Shown: in pieces, positions 14,331-21,955 of the stretch | Position numbering within the stretch: position 1 is the first letter of the stretch | Layout of the letters: the number at the start of each line of letters is the position of its first letter | NCBI GenBank assembly: GCA_023486985.1 | Contig: JAMDEM010000028.1 | Span: 1-34,199, forward strand | Length of the DNA: 34,199 nucleotides | Reading direction: 5' to 3' | DNA from: Bacillota bacterium | GTDB taxonomy: Bacteria; Vulcanimicrobiota; JAMDEM01 | Position numbers and translations under genes: made by a program | Notes under the pieces: model-generated | What the model saw: only the letters and a program-made list of their open reading frames with translations | Databases searched by the model: none | Told to the model about the DNA's origin: nothing

Positions 14331-16316
14331 TTATTTGTATGGCACATTCAACGCCTTCAGCTTCGTCTGGAGGTCTTTTAAATTTTGCATGGCATTATTG
14401 TAATAGGAGTAAGCTGCTTTAAAGTCTATTATAAGAGCGTTTGATATGAAAAGGTTGTTCATATCGGGCGGTTCAGGATAAAATTCATCCGTTTGCCCTT
14501 CCTTAATAGCCTCCGTAACTTTTTTCATATATCGCAGATAAAATAACTCATCGTATAAGATGAATGGTCTTTTGAAAAAGCCGTATTCGATTGTGGTCTT
14601 GATTTCACTGGAGATTGAAGTGCCTGCCAGAATATACTGCAAAGGGGTATTAGAAACTGAAAGTTTTTTAAAATACTCAATCCCCATAACCCTTCCGCCC
14701 TGTAAAACTCTGAAAAAGGCTCCATCCATTTCCTTTTCCAGCAAACTAAGCTCTTTTATAAGTTTGCTGTAGTCTGTTTTAATTGATCGTTCTATCATAA
14801 TTTTTATGGGTCCGGAGATAATTTTTTGTAATGACTCATTGCATGCAAGTGCAAAGAGATAGTAATTATTTGTGTTTAAGTTTTTAAGAAAGCGAAGTTC
14901 ATAAACGCAGTCATCAACTGCTTTTTGAATTTCATTATTTTCAAGGTCATAGTATGCTTTGATAGCCATATCTTGAGCTATTCTCCGAATTTTTATAAAA
15001 TTAAGAATTTTCATCTCCAGACCCTTTTCATAATCTAGATTGAACCGGCACTTTGGCTTATTGTAAGCTTTGATCAGCAGGTTAACAACTTCTTTTTTGC
15101 TCTCCAGTTCCTGCCTGATTTCTCCCTTATGTTTATTAAAATATTCCGAATAATTCTTATCTCCCGGTAATTCCTCATAAATTGGATACCCGGCAGTTGG
15201 AATACGCTCTATGGCATCAGTGTAAAATTTGGCGGCATTTTCTTCATCAGGTATCCGGGGCGGAATAATCTGGTAAATTTCGTAGAATTCTCCCTTTTGC
15301 TTGATTGAGTTAATTTCATTGTCAACTTTTTGAGAGAGAATCCATCCTGAGCCAAAATACAGAAAAATATAAAGACAGAGAAATATAATCAAAAGAGGTA
15401 ATATAAGAAACTTGATTTTCAGGGTCTTGCCTTCTGAAACAATACAGCCCTTTTTTAATTTCTCGATAATTCCATAAAAGGTTAATGTGTTATAAATATC
15501 AAGTGCAAAAAATCCTGCAAGTCCTGCAATTAGAATCCCAAGTAGAGACCTTACTTCAGACAGCCAGAATATGCATTCCAATATTCCGATTAAAAAGGCG
15601 ATGGAAAGAATTAAATAAACAGGCAAAAAATACTTTTTAAATATTTTTTTATATATTTCTGCCGTTGCAAGGGCAAACTGTTCTTTTTCATTTAAAACCA
15701 CTTCATTTATTAAGCCTAAATCAAAAAGCTCTTCATTCGTAAGTCCCTTTGCCTTGATTTCTTCAATGGAGGGTATTGCTCCATCTTCTTGAGCGCTGCG
15801 GGCTCCGTGAGATTGGATGGTTTTTCTTAAACCTTCCATATAGATTATTTTACCGGCTTCTTTTCGCTGTTTCTGCGTAAATCTTTTATCAAACCACCAG
15901 ATTACAGGACTGTAGGCAATGAAAAAGCCTCCAATCCATGGATAGCCTGCTGCCCAGACAATAGCTCCTGCAATTGCCATCACACCAACCCAAATCAAAG
16001 ACCGGATTCTTTCTCTCTGGCTTCTCTCACGATAGAAATCCGAGACATCCGGCAGATTATCGCTTCTTATCAACTTTATTCTTATTCCAGCGAGTGCATT
16101 AATAAAATCAACAGAAATAAAACAAAACAGTCCAAATATTATTAAAGTGATTCCACCTACAAGGTTTGACTCTGTGGCTTCAAAAAATATATATTTAAAT
16201 ACAACCGATATAGCCTTAAAAATTATTAGAGCGTATAAGACATCATTGAAGCGGGACATCCATTTGTTTGTATAACCGACAGTAAGTAATCTTTGTTCTT
16301 TCTCATTTAAAGTCAT
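14331..16316 (-). CDS. Large polytopic membrane protein of unknown function with an internally duplicated N-terminal membrane module and a ~340-aa helical-repeat soluble C-terminal domain
   Basis: 661 aa with about 7 hydrophobic segments in the first ~320 aa. The module LNEKEQ plus two TM helices plus I-x-KL occurs twice (aa 3-85 and about 208-295). The C-terminal half is rich in helical K/E/Y/N repeats. I recognise no family signature. Confidence 0.6.
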   Translation of the reverse strand: MTLNEKEQRLLTVGYTNKWMSRFNDVLYALIIFKAISVVFKYIFFEATESNLVGGITLIIFGLFCFISVDFINALAGIRIKLIRSDNLPDVSDFYRERSQRERIRSLIWVGVMAIAGAIVWAAGYPWIGGFFIAYSPVIWWFDKRFTQKQRKEAGKIIYMEGLRKTIQSHGARSAQEDGAIPSIEEIKAKGLTNEELFDLGLINEVVLNEKEQFALATAEIYKKIFKKYFLPVYLILSIAFLIGILECIFWLSEVRSLLGILIAGLAGFFALDIYNTLTFYGIIEKLKKGCIVSEGKTLKIKFLILPLLIIFLCLYIFLYFGSGWILSQKVDNEINSIKQKGEFYEIYQIIPPRIPDEENAAKFYTDAIERIPTAGYPIYEELPGDKNYSEYFNKHKGEIRQELESKKEVVNLLIKAYNKPKCRFNLDYEKGLEMKILNFIKIRRIAQDMAIKAYYDLENNEIQKAVDDCVYELRFLKNLNTNNYYLFALACNESLQKIISGPIKIMIERSIKTDYSKLIKELSLLEKEMDGAFFRVLQGGRVMGIEYFKKLSVSNTPLQYILAGTSISSEIKTTIEYGFFKRPFILYDELFYLRYMKKVTEAIKEGQTDEFYPEPPDMNNLFISNALIIDFKAAYSYYNNAMQNLKDLQTKLKALNVPYK

Positions 16317-16426
16317 GGCTGCTCCTTCTATTATTATATTAACTTGGCGAGGGATTTTATCCTCTTAAGTTATTCTTTTGATTGTCCAAAACAGGAGGAC
16401 ATCAGGGTGCATAATCTTCCCCCTCA

Positions 16427-16515
16427 CCTTTATCCCCTCCCCATTGGGGCGAGGAGTTAAGTAATATTTCCGCTCCTCGACTGGGGAGGGAAGAGTAAAG
16501 TCTTTAGCCTTGCAA
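16427..16515. repeat. Copy E of the C/G-rich palindromic repeat family, in a divergent intergenic region
   Basis: cttccccctcacctttatcccctccccattggggcgaggag is present. The 7-bp stem cgaggag (16450-16456) pairs with ctcctcg (16473-16479). The element ends ggggagggaagag...agccttgcaa (16506-16515), as in copy B (aagccttgcaa). Confidence 0.6.
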
Positions 16516-16599
16516 TTTTTCAATAGAAGATTTTCTCTGTTTTGATAGAATGAATAGACATTTAGCTTGCTTGATGAACAATCGAAGGGAGGATGAATT

Positions 16600-17166
16600 A
16601 TGAAAAAATCACTTGGAGCAAAGACTCTAGCTTATCCTGCGCCCGTGTGGGTGGTTGGGACATACGATAAAGAAGGAAAGCCGAATATGATGACAGCCGC
16701 ATGGGGAGGAGTTTGCTGTTCTTCGCCGCCGTGCATTTCTGTCTCTTTAAGGAAAGCAACATACACCTATGATAATATAGTGCAAAGAAAAGCATTCACT
16801 ATAAATGTGCCTTCCGAAAAATTTGCCAATGAAGTGGACTACATTGGTATAGCATCGGGCAGGGATGTTGACAAGTTTTCAGAAACCGGTCTTACTGCGG
16901 TAAAAAGCGATGCGGTGGATGCGCCCCTGGTAAAAGAATTCCCCCTGGTCATTGAATGCAAACTTCTGCAAACAAATGAAATCGGGCTGCACACTCAATT
17001 TATCGGCGAAATCGTGGATGTGAAAGCTGATGAATCCGTGCTTGACGACGGGGGGCATCCGCAGATGGAAAAGATAAAGCCTTTTGTGTATGATACCGGA
17101 ACAAGATTATATTATGGAATCGGGCAATGTCTTGGAAAAGCTTTTTCCATGGGAAAGAAGAAATAG
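16600..17166 (+). CDS. Flavin reductase-like FMN-binding split-barrel protein (flavoredoxin family)
   Basis: [59 protein letters not shown] matches the Flavin_Reduct (PF01613) pattern. GGGAGG lies before the ATG. Confidence 0.8.
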   Translation: MKKSLGAKTLAYPAPVWVVGTYDKEGKPNMMTAAWGGVCCSSPPCISVSLRKATYTYDNIVQRKAFTINVPSEKFANEVDYIGIASGRDVDKFSETGLTAVKSDAVDAPLVKEFPLVIECKLLQTNEIGLHTQFIGEIVDVKADESVLDDGGHPQMEKIKPFVYDTGTRLYYGIGQCLGKAFSMGKKK

Positions 17167-17227
17167 CCTGAAGAGTACAGGGCGCAGCAGCGCATGGAAT
17201 AATACGATAAATAGCGAAAGCAGGAAC

Positions 17228-18292
17228 ATGATAAACCATTCAAGATTTTCAATGATGCATAAGCTGGCGTCATTGCTTGTTATTATGCTTTTACTGCTTG
17301 GCATGGGTTGCGGGAATAACCCTGTCAGCAGCATTGGAATCCCTCCGATAAATGCACTTGCATCAGGTGACGGAATCACCATCACCGGCCAGCCGGGTGC
17401 GCTGCCTCCAGGCGTGGCTCTTACTATTACCGCCCTGACCCAGGCACAGGCGCAGGCAGCCGCAGCACTTGCCGGCAATCAAATATTTGTTGCCGCCGGC
17501 GACTTTGGACCTGACGGCACAACGTTTTATGCTCCGGTAACGATAAACTTCCCATTACCTAATCAGCTGGCACCCGGAACAAGACTGCCCTTTTACATGC
17601 TCCAGAATAATGCCTGGGTTAATACCGGTACCGTAGCCATTGTAGGCAGCGACGGACTTACTGCCAGTGCACAGGTGACCCACTTTACAAAGTACATCCT
17701 CTTCCTTGATGATTCCTGGGTAAAGGTATCTTTCGGCGGAAACACACTCATTTCCAAGAGTGGCGGCATACCTTTAACTGCTTTAAATAACCCTATTGTG
17801 CTTGTTTCGGGGAAAACTACCGATGAAACTGTAATTGCGAAGGTCATGGAAGTCAACAATATGAGCAGGGCTGATGCAGTTTATTTTTTGCGGTCCTATG
17901 ATACTTCAGGGGATAAAGTGGTTCAGGTTCTGAGATTAACGGCAGGGGTTATAGTTACCCGTTACTGGCCAAATGATCCTGCCGGAAAGCTCGGACGCTG
18001 GTTTAATGTTATTGACAGCACCACACTATATTTACCTGATAGAGCCAGGCAGTATTATGCCCTTCCGAATTCCAATACGGCATTGAATGTTACCCAGTAC
18101 CTGCTCAAGCCAGGTGCTACAGTGGTTTACGGTGTCTGTGCGGACATGACATGGAGCCCGACCTTTGGACCTTATGCCACAGGGGGAGGCTACCAGATTT
18201 ATGTTTATAGTGCAACAACATGGGACGGACACGCCGCACATTTAAATCCTGATGTCGTGGAAATACAGACGGAATTAAGGTACACGGAGTGA
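17228..18292 (+). CDS. Exported (probable lipo)protein with a C-terminal TNT-like (NAD+ glycohydrolase toxin, PF14021-like) domain
   Basis: ORF track 17084..18292, trimmed to the ATG at 17228, which gives MINHSRFSMMHKLASLLVIMLLLLGMGCGNN (signal peptide plus Cys). The C-terminus reads TRYWPNDPAGKLGRWFNV...RARQYYALP...VTQYLLKPGATVVYG...TFGPYATGGGYQIYV. It follows the TNT/DUF4237 pattern R-Y-G...G-R-F...R-x-LP...Y-x-V-x-KP...G...FGQPGGG-x-Q. Confidence 0.45.
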   Translation: MINHSRFSMMHKLASLLVIMLLLLGMGCGNNPVSSIGIPPINALASGDGITITGQPGALPPGVALTITALTQAQAQAAAALAGNQIFVAAGDFGPDGTTFYAPVTINFPLPNQLAPGTRLPFYMLQNNAWVNTGTVAIVGSDGLTASAQVTHFTKYILFLDDSWVKVSFGGNTLISKSGGIPLTALNNPIVLVSGKTTDETVIAKVMEVNNMSRADAVYFLRSYDTSGDKVVQVLRLTAGVIVTRYWPNDPAGKLGRWFNVIDSTTLYLPDRARQYYALPNSNTALNVTQYLLKPGATVVYGVCADMTWSPTFGPYATGGGYQIYVYSATTWDGHAAHLNPDVVEIQTELRYTE

Positions 18293-18296
18293 AGCC

Positions 18297-18800
18297 ATGA
18301 ACTTGCCGGACAATGTAAGCCAGACAGAATTATTTAACAGAATCAAGAGTATCTATACAGAGGTCACGCAAAACAATGTTCATATTCCGGAAAATGTGAC
18401 AGGTTATATAAGAGAAATTATCAAATGTTTGACTGGGAACCGGCTGGATTTAGAACAACTCTCCTCATATGCAAACGGGATACTTTACTGGTATTATGAT
18501 CAGGGATTCAGGGAAGTACCGATGCATGTTGCGTTGTCAAGATTTGCACTTGATATAGTCAAGATGTGCGACATAACGAAAACACTCTCGCAGGTTGAAT
18601 CGTTGTTGTTCCGGACTAAAGCTCCGGCTGACCTTCGAGAAATAGCGGGCATCCTCAAAAATCTGCTGGCAATATTCGCTCCGGACGGCAGGATGGATGA
18701 GGAGCGTTATAGCAAACTTGTCCCTCAATTGAGGGATTTATGCGTATCCAATGAAGAGATTCTTAAGAAATCCGTTGACCACGCAATATTTTATATTTAA
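18297..18800 (+). CDS. Hypothetical protein; candidate cognate immunity protein of the TNT-like toxin
   Basis: 167 aa, cytosolic and helical. It starts 4 nt after the toxin stop, and its Shine-Dalgarno sequence (ACGGAG) lies inside the end of the toxin gene, which indicates translational coupling. I recognise no family signature. Confidence 0.35.
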   Translation: MNLPDNVSQTELFNRIKSIYTEVTQNNVHIPENVTGYIREIIKCLTGNRLDLEQLSSYANGILYWYYDQGFREVPMHVALSRFALDIVKMCDITKTLSQVESLLFRTKAPADLREIAGILKNLLAIFAPDGRMDEERYSKLVPQLRDLCVSNEEILKKSVDHAIFYI

Positions 18801-18838
18801 CGCCTGTGTCCGGAAAAACAAAGGAGAAAAAAATTCTT

Positions 18839-19372
18839 CTATCTGCCTGCAAGTTTTGCGGCGTAGTTGTACGCCTGTAAGCACCACTCTTTTTCTGCCT
18901 CAAGCCATCCTCCGAGTATCCATTCTTCTCCTATTAGCGACAGGCGCAAAATTATTTTGCTTGAGGAGAAAGAGTGAATCCTTTTGGCACCGGCTCTTAA
19001 AGCCTCTTCAAGCACTTTATCCGGCAGGCGGAGCGTGTAAACATGTGTGCCTTCGGCCCATCCGAAAATGATGCCGGAGACCGGATGGACAAGAACGGCG
19101 GTTCCATAAATTACCCAACGGCATGATTCGGGCAGATTCACAGTTATTTCGTCCCACAGGCGTTCTACAACATCAGGGTGCGTTCCGAGGCTGATATAGG
19201 GTTTTTCTACGCTTTTGGGCGATTGGCTTGCTTTAATTTTTACCAGGTCGTTTTCTCGCAGGCTCAGGCATCTAAGGATAAAAGTAGTGTCCTGAGACAG
19301 GTAGAAAAAGTAAGGATTCTTGAGGTATTCAAGCACTTTTGTGTTAACCGGATGTGAAAAATCAACATTCAT
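18839..19372 (-). CDS. Hypothetical protein
   Basis: A 177-aa ORF convergent with 18297..18800, with no recognisable motifs. Coding status is inferred only from its length and the absence of a competing ORF. Confidence 0.4.
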   Translation of the reverse strand: MNVDFSHPVNTKVLEYLKNPYFFYLSQDTTFILRCLSLRENDLVKIKASQSPKSVEKPYISLGTHPDVVERLWDEITVNLPESCRWVIYGTAVLVHPVSGIIFGWAEGTHVYTLRLPDKVLEEALRAGAKRIHSFSSSKIILRLSLIGEEWILGGWLEAEKEWCLQAYNYAAKLAGR

Positions 19373-19559
19373 TCTGCCTGTCTCGTTTCCCCTTTTTGTT
19401 CAATTTGCCCGCTCCTAACAATTTAACGGATATTTGTTGTTTTGTCCAGAGTCATCAGGAGGTTACTCAAGGGTTGCCATGCAATTTAAAGAAGGAGTTT
19501 CCATATAAGAAACGAAAATGCGGAGATTGAAATCGTGTTGACGCGAGGAGGGAACCTGG

Positions 19560-20240
19560 ATGACAAAGATAAAGTTGATAAAAGGAACCATGGCTGTTCT
19601 GATGATTGTTTTTCTCGGTATCGGGTTTGCCTTAGCCCAGGGCAATTATCCGGCAAAGATGAAGGAGGGCCAGACATATAAATCATTTTTTGTCGACCTT
19701 AACAAAGACGGGCATAAGGAGAAAATCGCTGTTAAGGTCTATGGAGTTTCCGGTTATGAGTGGTTCGCCCAGATTGTGGTTTTTGATTCATCCGGAAAAG
19801 TTATCTGGAAAGGCCCGGCAGACAAGAACAGGGCTAACCCGCTTGTTTTCGGCAATTTTGACTATGGTTCCGCCCTTCCTGAGGTTGTCCGGGATATGGA
19901 CGACGATGGCAGTGTTGAGATGATTGCTACAACACCTGTCTCGGATGTTAGGCCCCAGCCGTTTCGTCTTTTCCGCTGGAACGGAAAGAAGTTTGTTTAT
20001 GTTTTTATTAAGACACTGATGGAAAAACCGGCCGGTTCAGGAGTTTTTGTCTGGTCAAAGCCGGGACCGCCTGAAGGCTGCTGGATAACGGAATTAAGAG
20101 AAATTAAAGAATATAAAAATTTTATTGCCGAAGTGTTTGAGTATAAAAAAGAAAAGACGAGGGGCGGCAGTGCCGAGGTAGCCTCTTCAGCGGCTGGATT
20201 TAAAGTAGTGAAATGGATTAAGCCTCTGAAATCATTTTGA
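19560..20240 (+). CDS. Secreted hypothetical protein with FG-GAP/VCBS-like Asp-rich loops
   Basis: The signal peptide is MTKIKLIKGTMAVLMIVFLGIGFALAQG. Calcium-loop-like DLNKDGHKEKI and RDMDDDGSVEMI segments are present. AGGAGG lies upstream of the ATG. Confidence 0.55.
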   Translation: MTKIKLIKGTMAVLMIVFLGIGFALAQGNYPAKMKEGQTYKSFFVDLNKDGHKEKIAVKVYGVSGYEWFAQIVVFDSSGKVIWKGPADKNRANPLVFGNFDYGSALPEVVRDMDDDGSVEMIATTPVSDVRPQPFRLFRWNGKKFVYVFIKTLMEKPAGSGVFVWSKPGPPEGCWITELREIKEYKNFIAEVFEYKKEKTRGGSAEVASSAAGFKVVKWIKPLKSF

Positions 20241-20271
20241 TATTAAGGATTTCCAGGGAAGAACTTTTTGC

Positions 20272-20724
20272 TTAATCTTGTTTCTTTTGCCTTGCAAGTT
20301 CTTCAATCATTTTCGTTTGTCTTAAGATTTCTTCATCTTGAGCCTCAAGATGCTTAAGAATATGTTCAATGTCGTGATAACTTGTAGTTGTTATCTTAAA
20401 TTCTTCTTCAGCTCGTATTTCAGAATGCTGCCCCTGGAGATTTTGCCCTACCATTATTAAGGGCATCAACAGCAGCTGCACAATGTTTCCTAAAAATAGA
20501 AGAAAGGCAAAAGGGTATGGGTCAAAAGGTTTGTTTGTAAAATAGTTTTGCCACAGCATCCACCCTGCCATACATATGGCAAAAAAGTAAACTGCATACA
20601 TTGTTCCAACTGCAGCGGTAATAACCAGAGCAATTCTGTCCTGCAGCCCTAATTTAGTTTTGTGTTTTTCATTAACATTTTCAGGCTTATGTCTCGCATG
20701 TTTGTGTTTCTCTATTAAAGGCAT
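20272..20724 (-). CDS. DUF1003 family membrane protein
   Basis: Two TM helices flank the family hallmark FDPYPFAFLLFLGN...PLIMVGQN, followed by a C-terminal coiled-coil tail. Confidence 0.7.
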   Translation of the reverse strand: MPLIEKHKHARHKPENVNEKHKTKLGLQDRIALVITAAVGTMYAVYFFAICMAGWMLWQNYFTNKPFDPYPFAFLLFLGNIVQLLLMPLIMVGQNLQGQHSEIRAEEEFKITTTSYHDIEHILKHLEAQDEEILRQTKMIEELARQKKQD

Positions 20725-20891
20725 TTTTTTCTCCTTGCTCTCTTAAGACTTCAGGAACTTTATAACAACTTTGGCACCCATAATAAAGTCATGGGGAATC
20801 AGCTAAAAATATTCCCAGGGTTTCTATATTAATTTTATAAATCCTTCAGGCATAGCTGTCATGGAAAAGGCGGAAAACCAGGCAGGGAAAC

Positions 20892-21434
20892 ATGGGAAAA
20901 AAAGTGAACGCTTCAATAATAATGAATGAGATATTTACCATTGGTCATTCAACGAGACTGCTTGAAGAATTTATAGAGCTTCTTCAGGATAGCGGTGTTA
21001 CGGAAGTTGCGGATGTGCGGACGATTCCCCGCTCCCGCTATAATCCTCAGTTTAACAAGGAAACATTTCCGGAAGATTTAAAAAAAGCCGGCATCAAATA
21101 TGAACACATGAGCGGACTGGGAGGGTTGAGGCATCCACGCAAGGATTCTCCCAATACAGGCTGGAAAAATGATTCTTTCAGAGGCTTTGCCGATTACATG
21201 CAGACCGGAGAATTTGAGGAAAGTCTTGAGAATCTGATACAATTAAGTGGAAGAGAAAGAATCGCTGTCATGTGCGCCGAAGCAGTTCCCTGGCGATGCC
21301 ACCGCAGATTAATTGCCGATGCCCTCCTAGCAAGAGGAATTAAAGCAGTTCACATTATGGGCAAACACAGTCTTCAGAATCATGCCATGACCCCATGGGC
21401 TAAGATAGAAGGGAAGAAAATAATTTATATATGA
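20892..21434 (+). CDS. DUF488 family protein
   Basis: IFTIGHSTR..EEFIELLQ..GV..VADVRTIPRSRYNPQFNKE...LGGLR...FRGFADYM...MCAEAVPWRCHRRLIAD...HI follows the DUF488 pattern. Confidence 0.75.
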   Translation: MGKKVNASIIMNEIFTIGHSTRLLEEFIELLQDSGVTEVADVRTIPRSRYNPQFNKETFPEDLKKAGIKYEHMSGLGGLRHPRKDSPNTGWKNDSFRGFADYMQTGEFEESLENLIQLSGRERIAVMCAEAVPWRCHRRLIADALLARGIKAVHIMGKHSLQNHAMTPWAKIEGKKIIYI

Positions 21435-21874
21435 AGATTCTTGTTGATGCCGATGCATGTCCTGTTAAAGAGATAATAGTAAAAGTGGCAAAAGAATTCC
21501 GCCTGCCGGTGCTTATGTTTATTGATACAAGCCACATCCTCAATAACGGCTATTCAAAAGTTATTCATGTTGATAAGGGAAGAGAATCGGCTGATATTGC
21601 TCTTATCAATCAAACTGAAAAAGGCGATATTGTTGTTACCCAGGATTACGGACTGGCTTCAATGGTTCTTTCAAAAGAAGCCGTGCCTGTTAATGAGAAC
21701 GGCAGAATTTACAGTTCTAAAAATATTGACGGGCTTTTATTTGAAAGATTCATTTCCAAAAAGATAAGACGTGCCGGCGGCAGAACTTCCAATCCTCCAA
21801 AGCGCAGAAAAGAAGATAACCATGAATTTGAAAAGGTTTTCAGGGAACTTTGCAGTAAAGCACCTGGAGATTAA
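21431..21874 (+). CDS. yaiI: YaiI/YqxD family protein (UPF0178, DUF188)
   Basis: MKILVDADACPVKEII... and GDIVVTQDYGLA closely mirror E. coli YaiI (WVDADACP, GDLVITADIPLA). An ATGA overlap joins it to the DUF488 gene. Confidence 0.8.
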   Translation: MKILVDADACPVKEIIVKVAKEFRLPVLMFIDTSHILNNGYSKVIHVDKGRESADIALINQTEKGDIVVTQDYGLASMVLSKEAVPVNENGRIYSSKNIDGLLFERFISKKIRRAGGRTSNPPKRRKEDNHEFEKVFRELCSKAPGD

Positions 21875-21882
21875 ACAACTTT

Positions 21883-21955
21883 ATTTTGCGATTGAAAACT
21901 CTGCAGCCTTGCTGCGGAGTGTCGTGCCGCAAAACAAGCTTTGCTTATTTTTTTT
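21883..21955 (+). repeat. Structured 70-nt element, copy 2 (first copy at 7790-7859), ending in a T-run; possible intrinsic terminator between convergent genes
   Basis: attttgcgattgaaaactctgcagccttgctgcggagtgtcgtgccgcaaaacaagctttgcttatttttttt. It has the same two nested stems as copy 1. Its 3' T-run overlaps the last codons and stop (21945-21947) of the TolC-like gene on the other strand. Confidence 0.75.

Noticed and set aside
17084-17227. Upstream 48-codon extension of the TNT-like lipoprotein ORF
   Set aside because: It overlaps the 3' end of the flavin reductase gene in another frame. The ATG at 17228 yields a proper signal peptide.
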